Shown in pieces: positions 44,889-61,330 of a stretch of DNA of 64,000 nucleotides. Made by a program: the position numbers and the translations under genes. The notes under the pieces are model-generated. The model saw only the letters and a list, made by a program, of their open reading frames with translations, was not told the DNA's origin and did no database searches. Each line of letters begins with the position of its first letter. The first letter of the stretch is position 1. Source of the DNA: the human T2T-CHM13v2.0 reference genome, Homo sapiens; assembly GCF_009914755.1 (NCBI RefSeq), contig NC_060939.1, one strand, 5' to 3'.

Positions 44889-46745
44889 GTAAAGATTGGC
44901 TGGCTGGAGAGAAGATTAAGAGAAGGGAACTGATAATAGTGTGAATACAAATAAAGATTGCTTTGAGGCTGAACACAGTGGTCCATGCCTGTAATCCCAA
45001 CACGTTGGGAGGCCGAGGTGGGGGGGAATCACTTGAACCCAGCTGTTTGAGACCAGATTGGGCAACATAGTGACACCCCATCTCTACAAAAAAATTTTAA
45101 AAATTAGCCAGGCATGGTGGTGCATGCCAGTAGTCCTAGCTACTCGGGAGCCTGAGGAGGGAGGATCACTTGAGTCCGGGAGGTCGAGGCAGCAGTGAGC
45201 CGTGCTCTCACCACTGTGCTCTAGCCTGGGTGACAAAACTCCTGTTTTTGGTGGGGGGAAAAAAAAGAAAAGATTTATTTGAGTATGTTATAGATGTAAC
45301 TGGGAAGCTGGTGGTTGAGGGAATAAGTATAGGTAGGGTATTTATTTATGGCAATAAGTAGCCTTGATGAGAGTTTATCATGAATCACTGTGATGGGCAT
45401 TTAAGTGTACTGAACGGTTTTCCAGGTTTCTATTGTTCAGTCTTATGCTTATTGTGCATGTTTTGGGCGTTACCAACTGTGGGGTGGAAATAGCATTTTT
45501 AGGATTTGAAGTTATTGGCTTTAATGTTTCACTTATGCTTCATGAATTTTGATTTATATATGAATTGAGTCTCCTCCTCCTATGACCTGCGGAGTGGCTG
45601 CTTGGTTTGGGAGGCTTAGAAGCGTGGTGCTGTTGGTGTAGGTCCATCTGTTTGGCAATATTCAGAGTCAGCATCCTCTGCATTCTTTGTGAAGTGAATG
45701 TAAAGCTGCTCTTTTCCTTTTTCAGATGCCCCACAACCTTGTGGTCTTAATTTTAGAGTGTCATTTTGTTATCAGTGATTCATTTCTTTTGTTCTGGTGC
45801 TTGTGTTCTTTTGCAGAGTCCCAGGGTAGATGTAATTATAGATCATGTATTCTATAAGTGAGCTTTGGTGGAAAAGTCAAGTGAGGGATAATGAAATATT
45901 TGTAATTAACGTTTAATAAAAAGGGTGTTTGAAGTGGTGCTAATAAACAAGTGTGTGTGTATGTGTGTATTTTAATTCTGAAAATCTTAAAATGCTACAA
46001 GAAAGTCCAGAGAACAGTACAACAAACATCATTGTATTCCAGAACTAACAAATGTTAACATTTGAGATATTTCCCTTTCCTCTAAAAACAAAACAAAACA
46101 AAACCAACATCGCTACATTTAAAGTCTTTTTTGTGCCCCTCTGGTCCCATTCTTCCTTCTCCTGGGGCAAACACTAACCTGTATTTTGCATGCCCTCTTG
46201 TGTCTAGGCTTCTTTTCTGAGCTTAAAACTTCCAGGAAACTGGAGCTTGGGTTTCAGTGATGACTTAAGTGAGGAGGATAACACTTGTCTTTCTAAATAA
46301 TAGAAGATGACATAGCAAGGCATGCTATATCACTAGAAAAGGGGGCATTTTCTCATATGAAGTTTATAAGAAAACAAAAACTGTAAGATCTCTGCCATTT
46401 AAATTGTGGATTTCAAGGTTTGGAAGGTCAAAGAATTTGGAAGCTGCAGCTGTTCTGAGAGACCATCTTGTGCTCTGTGGAGCTTTGGTGATTCCACTGA
46501 GGTGACCTGGGGGTGAGAGGGAAGAGCTTCAACACACCTTCCTTCCCCCATCCAAAGTAGCTCTGCTTTTGTTTTACTGTTGAATTTCTTGAATAAAATT
46601 CACTTGTTACAGAGGGTGTTTTGGCTAACACCTCCCCTCCCCCAAACACTACCAATAACTAGTTCAACTGCTAATCTAGTTCAACCATCTCATTTAATGA
46701 AGAAACTGAAGCCTGAGTTTTTTGGTCTACTTGTAGTTTTCTTGA

Positions 46746-46883
<138 letters not shown>

Positions 46884-47202
46884 TGAGTAGCTGGAATTAC
46901 AGGCATCCGCCACTACGCCTGGCTAATTTTTGTATCTTTAGTAGAGACTGGGTTTCACCATAATGGCCAGGCTGGTCTCAAACTCCTGACCTCAGGTGAT
47001 CCGCCCGCCTCAGCCTCCCAAAGTGCTGGAATTACAAACGTGAGCTGCTGTGCCTGGCCTCATCATTTTTTTAACTATGGTTGTTAACCAGGTGTGTGCA
47101 TTAGAATCACCTGGGGAACTTAAAAAAAAAAAAAAATACACCTATCTGGGCCCTACCATAGAGATTGTGGTTCAGTAGGTCGGGGTGGGAGATCCAGACA
47201 CA

Positions 47203-47549
47203 TAGTAGTCCCTTGGTATCTGTGGGGGTTTGGTTCCAGGACACCTGCAGATATCAGAATCCACAGTTGCTCAACTTCCTTATATAAAATGGCATAGTAT
47301 TTGCATATAACCTTAGCACATTGCATAATATATACTTGAAAACATCTCTAGATTACTTATCATACCTCTAGATTACTCTAGATATATCTCTAGATTACTT
47401 ATCATACCTGATCCAATGTAAATGCTACATAAATAGTTGTTACACTGTATTGTTTTATTTATATCTTTCTTTATTTTTTTCTGACTGTTTTTGATCCATA
47501 GTTTGTTGAATCCATGGATGCAGAACCCATGGATAAGGAGGGCCGACTG
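47203..47549 (+). mobile_element. MER2 (Tigger-family non-autonomous DNA transposon) inserted in a MER5A-like element (~47075-47580)
   Basis: Imperfect terminal inverted repeats tagtagtcccttggtatctgtggg / cccatggataaggagggccgactg, followed by TA. Confidence 0.8.
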
Positions 47550-47885
47550 TATTTTAAATGTCTCTAGTGATTCCGATGCTCCTTCCTTGGCCCCCACTCC
47601 TCCCCCTGTTGAGAAACAAGATTTAAAACTCTGCCTTATGCTGGGATATCATGACCTCAGTAGAATGTTACACTTCATCCTATTTCTTCATCAGGTTCTG
47701 CATTAGCCAGGCATTTTATTTTCAGCTACTCTAGAGCGTCTTTTTTTCTGTCAGGTGTTTTTTTCCAGTATAGGAAAGTAGCCCATTTCCTTTAAAGACC
47801 ACCCAGCAGGCATGATCCCCTGAGGTGTTTTTTTGTTGAGTGCTTTTGCATACTTAAGGAGTAACTGACCTGGCCCGGTGGCTCA

Positions 47886-48218
<333 letters not shown>

Positions 48219-50853
48219 TTAAGGGAGGGCATAATAGTGGCATATTATCCTAGCACACCCTGCCCATTGGCCTGGCATCATGGAAAGGTGCCTGGTCTAT
48301 TTTATGGAGGCAATCATAAAACTGGGTGTGGTGATTTTTGTTGTTGTTTAAGGCTTTGATTTTAAAAAATCAAGGTTGGAAGCACCTATTTAGATTGTAA
48401 ACTAGAGAGGACAAAGGAAAGAAGCCTGGGAATGTTATGGTGAGAAAAGAGGACTAGAATCCCTGTCAGCCACCTATGTGGCTGCTGCCACCCCTAAAAA
48501 GTGTTGTGAGTGCACCAAGGACAAATGGCATGCTCTTCGTTATTAGTGAGCTATTAACCTCTTCCAGTTCTTTCTCCTACCTTGGTGAACCGGCCTGTAT
48601 CTTGTGTGTTCCGAGGGCCCCTCTTTCCCCTCTAGCGCTAGACCCAGTTTGCCTTTTTGGTTTGGTTCCATCCTGTTTCCTCCATAACCTCCACCCCTCC
48701 CAAGTTGGAGGAGCCCCAATATCTGGGATTTACAGTAACTCTAAGGCCAGGAATAAAGATCATAGAGATTGGAGGGAGAAAAGCTTCCCCTCTTCAGTTC
48801 TATTTATAATACCTCTACTTCTACTAAAAGCTCCACCTTTTAGTACAGTGGCCCCATTGTGTATCCTAGGGCACTCCATTTTCTCCTCTGCCTGTAACAG
48901 AGCTCTTTCTTGGGAAAAGAGAGGAGTGTGTAGAGAGTGAATATGACTGTGTAGAGGCAGTGAGTATAAGTAAGAGAGTATAAGTGTAGAGAGACGAAAG
49001 TTTTCTGTGGCTGTGGGTTTGTGTTTCCCTGAAAGGTTAACTGGGAAAATTTAGGGGTAATTCCTATAAATGAGCACTGGGAGTGGTTGAGAAATAGAAA
49101 ATGTAGAGATTTCTGCTTTTCTTCATTGTTTGGAGAGCAGCTTCAATATTGAAATTAAGCCGCTGTTCTAATGAGATATCACCTAACGATTCAAGGCTTT
49201 TTGCTAAGGGCTGCACAATAGATCAAGGATACATCTTAAATTATTATTTATGCTTAAATTGAAGCTTATTTTTATCCTTTTGCCTGTTCTTATTGAGTTT
49301 TACATTTGTTTAGGCTAAGGAGCGGGGTTTTTTTTGTTTTTTTGTTTTTTTTTGAAACGGAGTCTCGCTCTGTCGCCCGGGCCAGAGTGCAATGACGCTA
49401 TCTCGGCTCACTGCAAGCTCCGCCTCCCAGGTTAACGCCATTCTCCTGGCTCAGCCTCCCGAGTAGCTGGGACTACAGGCGCCCACCACCACGCCTGGCT
49501 AATTTTTTGTATTTTTAGTAGAGACGGGGTTTCACCGTGTTAGCCAGGATAGTCTTGATCTCCTGACCTCGTGATCCGCCCGCCTTGGCCTCCCACAGTG
49601 CTGGGATTACAGGCGTGAGCCACTGCGCCCGGCCGGCTAAAGAGCAGTTGTATAGGAGCAATGAATACCGTTTCACTCAGTTGAAGGAGGTAACATTTAA
49701 ATATGTGAGGTATGTTCAGTGCTTAGGTCTTGGACAGGAGGAAGTAACAGATCAGAATAAGGTTCAGGTGAAAAGAACCAAGAAGAGAACGTGTCAGGCA
49801 GGACAGAACAGGGAATTCTGCAAGTGAGAAGAAAGTACGATTAGTACTGGAAATGGAAGAAAATTCAGCTAGGTTAAAGGTCACAGGAAGAAAGTTAATT
49901 CCAGCATTCTCTGAGTTTCAGACAATTCCTGGTGTGCGCTTTCAAGTCTGTCATGGGCCACCTTTCTGCTGCTGAGTGCCCGTACCCTAGCTCAAGGAAT
50001 AGGGCACACCCCTCTTGTAGAAGGGAAGGTAGGAACGCTGGCTGGTTGGAGACTGTCAGCAACTCCACGGTGATAAGTCGAGCTTAGCACTAAGTAGAAG
50101 TATGTCACTTTCTGTAATTTAGAGGAATTGAAAAGGTATCTTGGAAAGAAATTAGTTCTTGGGAACAAAGTCTTTTTTGTGCATATGTCTTTACTGTTGG
50201 CATAGAGCATTTTCTGGGATGGGCTCTTCAGATCTCCTCTCCCTGTAAGTGATTTCAGAATTCCATGAATGTTGGGATATGTCCAGGCTGGCACCCTGGG
50301 ATCATGAAAATAGAAGTTAAGACATTTAAGAAGCAAGAAAACAAAATGGGTAGGTGAGGTGACTAGGAAGAATATCATGCCCAGCACTTCTAGAATTCTC
50401 AAAATGAGGAGCATCACTTAAATTTTGAGGGGGATCATTTTTAGGATGGTGACCCAAGCTCTCTTTGTACAGATGAGAAGTCTAGTTATCTCATGAGACC
50501 CAGTGTGACTAAAGGACCATAGCATGTAGCTGCGTAATGGCACGGTGGCACTAGGAGCTGATCCATTCATTTATTTATAATTACCAAGGGGAAGTATGGG
50601 GTGAGATTTATTCTTAACTCTTAAAATGGTGACATACACTATTTTAAGAATAAACCTCCATTCTTTTTTCGGATATTAATTTAGTGCAACGGCCTTGGAC
50701 AGGCTCCACCATAAGAAGTGGGTTGCATTTAAAAGTGTATTTATTAAAAGTGGTTGAAGCTGAGTGCTTTTCTGTATTGTAACACTGTTGCAAATGGGGA
50801 GTATTCATTCCTAATGTGGCTGCCGAAAGCTTTTTACCCTACCATGTAGCTGA

Positions 50854-51168
<315 letters not shown>

Positions 51169-51486
51169 TAGCAAAATTTAAAATTAAGAAATGTAAAGAG
51201 TTGAACTAGTTAGTACCCATTATTATTAAGAAAAGTCATGTGGCTCTATATTCTCATAGTACGAATAATTAAGTAAAATAGAAATTCAAAAGTATGAATA
51301 AAATTTCTTTGAAAATCTTGAATGTTGAGATATCTTGCCACAGTGAAAAGAATCAGACTTTCTGTTTTGGCAGGTGTGAGTTCTGATTCTGGTTTTGCAA
51401 GTTGCTTAACGTCAGGGAGTGAGCCCAAATTTGTCCTTTGCAGAATGGGAACGCTATGCATCTTACAGAGCTGCTGTGATGGTTAA

Positions 51487-51736
<250 letters not shown>

Positions 51737-51917
51737 TAGCCAGGATGGTCTCGATCTCCTGACCTCGTGATCCACCTGCCTCGGCCTCCCAAAGTGCTGG
51801 GATTACAGGCGTGAGCCACCACGCCCGGCCTGAACTCAATAAACTTTTATCCAAGCACCTGGATAAAGGATATCCTGAATTTTTTCTTTTCTTTTTTTTT
51901 TTCTTTTTTTTTTTTGA

Positions 51918-52216
<299 letters not shown>

Positions 52217-52547
52217 TAAATCTGCAAAAGGAAAAGCAGATTTAATGTGAAGATGACAGGAATTTTCTGGGCACTTTCAAGGTCCTAAGGTTGGTAGCCC
52301 TAGTTTTTTCACTTCAGACCTTAGCTTTTATCTGAAGGAAAACACCAGAAACAGAAGATACTTCTAGGGAGTGGAATGGGGGTAGAGGGTGTGAGATTTC
52401 CTTTTTACTTAATACTGTACTATATATTTAAAATGCTTTTTACAGTGATAATTTTATAATAAAGGAAAAGAAGGGATTAAGTAAAAGGAAAAACTGTGTA
52501 TATAATTTTTAGATATAATCACAAATTCAGATTTTTAAGTTACTACA

Positions 52548-52735
52548 CAGATGTTCCTCGATTTAGGAGGGGGTTATATCCCAATATTGTAAGTCAAAAT
52601 GCATTTAATACACCTAACCTACTGAGTATCATAGCCCAGTCCACCTTAATTGTGCTGAGAATACTGATGTTAGCTTACAGTTGGACAAAATTATCTAGCA
52701 CAAAGCCTATATTACAATAAAGTATTAAGTATCTT
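52548..52735 (+). mobile_element. Tigger-family DNA transposon fragment (MER6-like)
   Basis: cagatgttcctcgattt...aaaatgcatttaatacacctaacctac. Family assigned from memory. Confidence 0.55.
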
Positions 52736-55700
52736 GGCTGGGCGCGGTGGCTCACACCTGTAATCTCAGCACTTTGGGAGGCCAAGGCAGGTGGATCACT
52801 TGATGCCAGGAGTTCGAGACTAGCCTGGCCAACATGGTGAAACCTCATCTGTACTAAAAATACAAAAAACATTAGTTGGGTATGGTGGCGTGTGCTTGTA
52901 ATCCCAGCTACTCTGGAAGCTGAGGCACAAGAATCACTGGAACTGGGAGGTGGAGGTTGCAGTGAGCTGAGATCACGCCACTGTACTGCAGCCTGGGTGA
53001 TAGAACCAGACATTGTCTCAAAAAAAAAAAAAAAAAAAAAGTGAATATAGGAAATCTTCCTTGAAAAAACAAAGATACTCCTACCTCAGCTTCTCAAGTA
53101 CCTGGGACTATAGGCCCACTTCACCTCACCTAACTAATTAAAAAAAATTTTTTTTTTTGTAGAGATGGGGTTTCTCTATGTTGCCAGGCTGGTCTTCATC
53201 TCCTGGGGCTCAGGCTATCCTTCGCTAAAGTGCTGGGATACAGGCGTGAGCAGCCACACCTGGCCTGTATTGTCTTAATTTACTATTTTCAGTGGCCATC
53301 TAATGTTCATAATTTATTTAGGTTTATTCCTGTTTAAAGTTCTATTGCTTTGATTGCTGGAGAGTTTAAACATTTTCTTACATATTTGTTTATCAGTATT
53401 ATTTTCTTATGCAAATTTTCTGTTTTTGTTATGTGCCTGGCTTCTAGGGTCATGATGTTAACTTTTGTGAGCTCTTTTATAACATGGACTTGACTTTCTC
53501 TCGTATTTGCTACAAACATTTTCCCTTGATGTTTCATTGTATTTGTTTTCTTCATTGTAGTTTTAAATTTTATTGAGTTTAAATGTCAGTCTTTCGATTT
53601 GTAATTTCTTCTATCAACTCGAAGTCTAGATAGTTTAATTTCTCTAAAACCTTGCCAAAATTTTCAGTTTAATAATCGATTGGCTTACTTTTTATATATT
53701 TGTAGAGATGGGGTCTTGTAATGTTGATTGTAAGGGGAACTTATCCCGAACTTCTGGCCTTAGGTGATCCTCCTGCCTCAGCCTCCCAAAGTGATGGAAT
53801 TACAGGCCTCTAATATCCTTTAAAAACCAGCTGTTTATTACCTATTAGCAATTCATGTCTGTTTTGTCAAATATTATGTATATATATATTTCTAGTTCTG
53901 GACTTTTAAATTATGGTGAACCATATTTCATTTTTTTGAGAAAAATATATATGACTTTGTTATACTTCTTATCATTGAGAAACAACATCTGAAGCTAGCT
54001 TAATTTTAACTCTATGACAAGTAACTTGATTTTTTTTTCCTTTTTTCGTGACTTGAAATTTGTAGAATTGTTGTTCCTTGAGGTATAAACATTTCCCCAG
54101 TTAACATGTTAGGGTTGCTATTGGCTTAGCAATTTTGCCTGCAATGTGGAGACTCTTCTTGGTTTATAATGTCTCTTGTTTGTTTATTTTAGCTTTAGGA
54201 AATTGTCCATTATGCCTGTGGTGATTAGTTAGATCTGTGTAGTCTATTTTATGGCTCTTCTTCATTTTGTTTACGTTAAATAAGCGTTCTAGGTATGTGT
54301 CTCACATACATCTTTTGTTGCACTGACTTGATTTTCTACAGTCTTGATATTTTTTCCTTGGTTCTGTTAATGGTAGTTGCTTTGTCCTATTGTAGTTTAT
54401 ATTTTTAATTAATTCCTTTTCCGTCTCCATTCTTGTTAATAGCTTAAATGATCTCTTTTTAGTTCATGAAGAAGAGTGTGGCACAAAAGATCCTTTCAAG
54501 GTGAAAAAAAGGAGCAGGTAGCCAAGATAGTTGGGTTACATAGTTTACCACTTCCCTTTATAATCCGTAGGTGTTGAAATAGATGTGGCCATGAAAAACC
54601 AGTGTTAATCGGGCAGCTGAGTGTATGGATTGTCCACCAGTCAAGGTTGGGGAAAAAATCTGGCTGGGCTAAGTGTGGCCCGTTAGTTTGACCTCATTTG
54701 GCATGTATTTCTTCTGGTCTTACAGGTCAGAGCAACTGTTTTTATATATTTTAATGTCCCTAATGACAAAATAGTAAAAATACATTTGAGGACCCAAGTT
54801 GGCATGTTCTAGGAATTTCATTTTCCGGCTTAGTGTGGTGACCTGCCTCTGATTGCTGTACAATTCCTTCTGCTTCACAGTGTCACATCTGGGGATACCA
54901 GTTGGTAGTGGAACCTGTTTTGGACATTTTTAAGCCTTGTGGTATCTGATGGACTCTTGGTTGTTTCTAGCTGGTGCTAAATAAACCCCTTGACAAGAAG
55001 TATTTGTGTAAGAAAGCGCTGGTAGGCAAAGTGAGAACATCCGGAAGTGATTCATATTACTGTGGTTGTTTGCTTAACTCAGGACTTGGTTGCCTAGAGA
55101 CCATATCGTTGAGTTAGCCGAGTGAAGTGCCAGTGGAACCTGGAGGGCCTGTGGCCTACCGGATCAAATCAGGGCTCTGCTCCTTAATTTTTCTCCTGAA
55201 GTCTCCTAGCAATCTGATTGATCTCTGTGGTTTGACAGTGCGTGAATTAAAAAAATCTTAAACATATTAATGTTTAAGAAAGATCTGGTTAATGGTTTAT
55301 TTTGAAGAGTAAGAGTTTACTTGCTGAAGTTTGAATGTTGGGTTAAAATTTTTTAAAAAAATAGTTGTATGTTGGGAAGAATTAGTTATTTCAATAAGGC
55401 ATTTTATTCTAGAAACCTCAGTACTTTAAGGCAGCTAAAGGAAAGCCAAAATAATCCCCCAAAACAAAAAACCAAAAACCTGCAATTTGCAAGGCAGTCA
55501 TAATCTAAAATATTTTCTGTCTGTCCCAAAGTCAGTGTATTCCCCTTGCCTCTCCCCCTCTTCCTCATTGTCATGATTAGTACCGTTTATTGCATACTTT
55601 CTACATGCAAGGCACTGTGCTAAGCACTTTATATGCTTTATCTAATTAGCTATTCTTGAAGCCCTGTGAGGTGCTTATTATCTACATTTAACAGATAAGA

Positions 55701-57459
55701 AAGCAAAGCTCAGAGAGGTTAACTCATTCATCTAATAAGTGGTTGATCCAGATTTCAGGTTTGGCAAGAACTCTGAAGTCCTTTCTCTTAACTGCCATGT
55801 TAGTCTGCTGCTGCTATACTTCTGGTTCTAAAAATAATGACAACAGTAGTAACTACTGTTAATTAAGCAGAATGATGATGAAATTTACATATTACATTAT
55901 TGTGAGATAGGCATTATTTTTATTTTAAAGAGGGAAAAAAATAGAGTTGATAACACTTTTCCCAAGGTCATATATTGGAATTCAAGCCCAGGTTTGTGAC
56001 ACCAAAGCTGGTGCTCTTAACTTCTGCAGATGCTGAAGTGGCAACATTTAAGTCTAACCTCTTTAACTGGTGCCCAGAGACATTAAGTAACTTGTGTAGT
56101 TTTCAAGTCAGTGAGGGAACTCCATCAATTTCCTGCCACTTATTTTGGAGTCTCTTCCACCTGCCACCTGAGGGAAAGTCTCCAGTTGTCTTATGTATTT
56201 TTGTGTCTAACTAGCTTGTTGGACCCTTCCTAATTGCTTCCCTTCTTCATAACCTGGTATCTGCTTTGAATTCAGCTTAGAAAGGTGTTCCTTCCTACCA
56301 CTTTCTTGTTTGTTAAAGAGTTACCTCATACAGACAGGAGTGGCAAATTGGATTGGAAATTGCTTTGGATCATTTGGCAAGAACTGTATTTTTGGGGTTG
56401 TGGGAGGAGGAGAGGCCTGTCTAAAAGCTCTATTTCTTCTTTACTCAGAATACCTTCCTGTTGACTCATTGGAAATCATAACAAAAAGCAGAAGGAATAT
56501 TGGAGAGGCAGCTGCCAGCCTAGGGCTTGGCTTCTGTTGGGGCAGCTGTTTGGGGATTTAGACACACTGGGCTCTAAGAACTGTGAGGTTTCTGCAGCAG
56601 AAGGAAATAGTATTACTCTGATAGGTATTTATTCATAAGGTTAAAAAGTGTCAGACTATTGCTTGGGATTATTGATGAGCAACATAAGAAACTAAAAATA
56701 TTTTCTCAAATAGAATTAACTGGTGATCCTAAAAACAGAATGAATTGAGGAATACAAGAGGGAGTGGGGGCAAAATTAGAAAAGGAAAAGTTGAAAAGAA
56801 GAGAAAAAAAACTTACAATCATTAAAAATAGGAAAAAGATAACATTTAAATAGAAAAAGTCTCACAGATATGCATGCAGTAGGCATTAATCAGCAGGTCA
56901 TTTTACTGTAAGTAACATACATCTCAGATGACCTTTAAAACAGCTAAAAGTAAACAAAATTTGTCTTTTATTTAAATGACTATTATAACAAAATGTTTTG
57001 TGGGCTGGGCCCTGTGATTCACACCAGTAATCCCAACACTTACGGAGGCCGAGGAGGGAGGATAGCATCAGGCCAGGAGTTCATGACCAGCCTGGGCAAC
57101 ATATTAAGACCCTGTCTCTACAAAATATAAGAAATAAAAAAAAGCCAAACGTGGTGGCACACACCTGTAGTTCCAGCTACTCGGGAGGCTGAGGTGGAAG
57201 GATCACTTGAGCCCAAGAGTTCGAGGCTGCAGTGAGCTACGATCACACTGCTGCACAAAAATGTGTTTCTTCCCTGAAGACATGCTATGTCATTAGTTTG
57301 GGCAATACCTTTTCATAATTGATAGTTTAAAAAGGTAGTGTTTGACAATGGCTTGACTTTTGGGGTTTTCCTTAAAAATTTGAGAATCCCCATAGGAATG
57401 TTTTTTAGATAGATTTGGTCTTAATTTAAAATTTTTAAATTTAAAACATTTTTTTCTTA

Positions 57460-59125
<1,666 letters not shown>

Positions 59126-60169
59126 TAAGATAGATCCTGCTTTTTTGACTTTTGAATCGTATTTTACATTTTGAGTCTTAGCAGTGTCTTAGGAAATGTG
59201 CTCTGGAGGGTGTCTTGTGCTCTAGTTTATGAACTGATATCTTAATTTTTTTCAGAACAAGGCAGCTTCAACTGTTGAGCTTTTTGAAACATATGGCTTA
59301 ACTATCATTTTAGGGAATTTGGTTAGGATTTTCCAGAGTGCTTTCAAGCAAGTTATATTGTAATGCTAAACAGATTAATATCGTGTAGTAAAGTTGGCGT
59401 TGAGAAAACAGGTTTTGAATTAACAGCTTTGACATAAAGACTGTGAAGAGATTACTAGACTTGCCAAACTAACATAATTTATTCTTTGTGTAAAGGAGAG
59501 TGCAAATTTGGAGTTTGAAAAACTGTGTGGCTGACTTTCTAGATCAGTATTTTTTGAGGTATATTGTGCTGTGACATTAAAGAAAGGGTTTAGTGGTGAA
59601 ATAAGCTTCAGAAATACTGAGTTAAACCAAGCCAAATATTATTCAAGTGGCAAATTATTTGGAATCTTTGTCATAGACTTGTAAATTCTGAGTCTCCAAG
59701 GCAAAGGATAGTGTATGCAATATTCCTCAAACCTACTTTATCAATAGTGTTCCAGGTTTTTTTTTTTTTTCTGGTTTGCGAACACTTTTTTTTCTATCAG
59801 TTACGGATTTGAGGGACTATTTTTTCTTTCTTTTACTTTATTTTTTATTTTTGGACTCTAAGACTTTCTTCAGAGACTATTTCAAATAAGAATTTGGGAG
59901 ATGTTCATGGTCACTTCTCAGCTATTTTGTGTTTTATGATAGTTAGTTTACATTCTCCGTTGAGTTATCCTGTTCTTGGCTTATAGAGCTTAAATTAAAG
60001 CCATAATTGTACTAATTGGATAGGTATAATTGCTCAGTGATCTTTAAGGCATTGCAAAGGACGGGAGTGTGGTTTTTAAAAATGAGGGGTGCAAATGTAC
60101 TAATTATTAAAAAGGAAAAGATAAATATGACAAATTCTGGTCTAGTAAACTAGTTTCTGGCCAAACATT

Positions 60170-61330
60170 GGACCAGAAAAATTCCAGAGCACATTGTCAG
60201 ATGCATAACTTATGAACACTTAGCGAGAAAAGTGATGCTTGGGAGCCAACATGGGCTCCCTAAAAAAAGCCCTGTCACATTAACATCATTTCCTTTTGGA
60301 CAGGGTCACCAGATTGGTGAATCAGAGAAAAACACACGCCTGGCAATTTTTTGTATTTTTAGTAGAGACGGGGTTTCACCGTGTTAACCAGGATAGTCTT
60401 GATCTCCTGACCTGGTGATCCACCCGCCTCAGCCTCCCAGTGCTGGGATTAGAGGCGTGAGCCACCGTGCCCGGCCGGGGTTTGTTTTTGGTTGATGAAA
60501 GTGTTCTGGAATTAGATAGTGATGACGGTTGTACAACATTGTGAATATTCTAAAAGCAACTGAATTGTATATTTTAAATGAGTTTACGTTACGAATCGTA
60601 TCTCAGCAAAAAGAGCTGCAGATTTTTAGTTCAGAGAAAGCACTTTTAGGGCATGTTATTTGTAAACATTTTTATTGGGACTTACTAGGGCGTCAGTGAT
60701 GTGTCAGTGAAGTTAGGATTTTACTTGTTTCTAGAGAGATAGTTAATATATTGTAAGGCACATTTTGCTTTCAATGTACCGTGAATCTAATAATGAAATT
60801 CAATAGTAATAAGTGTGATGTCCTACATTGGAGTTCAAAAAGTGTATAGGATAAGGGAGAGAAGTAGCGTTAGTGGGAATAACGTTGGTGGGAAACGAAA
60901 ACAAAATGAAAGAAACCTGAGAAGTTCATTAACTCATTAGTAGATATATGGTATATGCAGCCAAGGAAAAGATGGTTCCACTGTCCTCTGGACTAATCAG
61001 AGGCTTCCTGAAATTGGTGTTTAGTTCTGGAGGCCATACTTTAAGATGGATCTCGTAGTCTAGAGCAAGGATGTTAGATTTGTGGTAGGTTATTTTACAC
61101 CCACAGCAAGCACTGCTGATAGATCAGAATCCTTTTCAACGTAGAAGCTGAGGAACCACTCCCAATCAGTGGGTGCTGGTTGTCCATTAGTTGAGACTTA
61201 GTTGTTGCTCTGGGATGAGAGCGTGTTCGATGAGTATGACCAGGATGATAAAGGGTCTACCAATTATGATCTATGAAGAATAATTGGGAATACTGAGGCT
61301 ATATAAAATGGAAACAAGATTTAGAAGAAA
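60170..61330 (+). mobile_element. Ancient CR1/L3 LINE ORF2 remnants, fragmented by later insertions
   Basis: caacatggg... (QHG-like) and gacagggtcaccagattggtg; atgaaattcaat...aagtgt...gtcctaca; ttctgg...accaggatgataaagggtcta...tatgaagaa. Confidence 0.55.

Noticed and set aside
43355-45240. Inverted Alus around IQGAP1 exon 2 as a circular RNA driver
   Set aside because: At this Alu density such pairs surround almost any exon, and a 100-nt single exon is a poor circle candidate.
45705-45830. Strong-looking splice acceptor (cttttcctttttcag) in IQGAP1 intron 2
   Set aside because: No convincing paired donor or IQGAP1-like coding frame. Such pseudo-sites are common.
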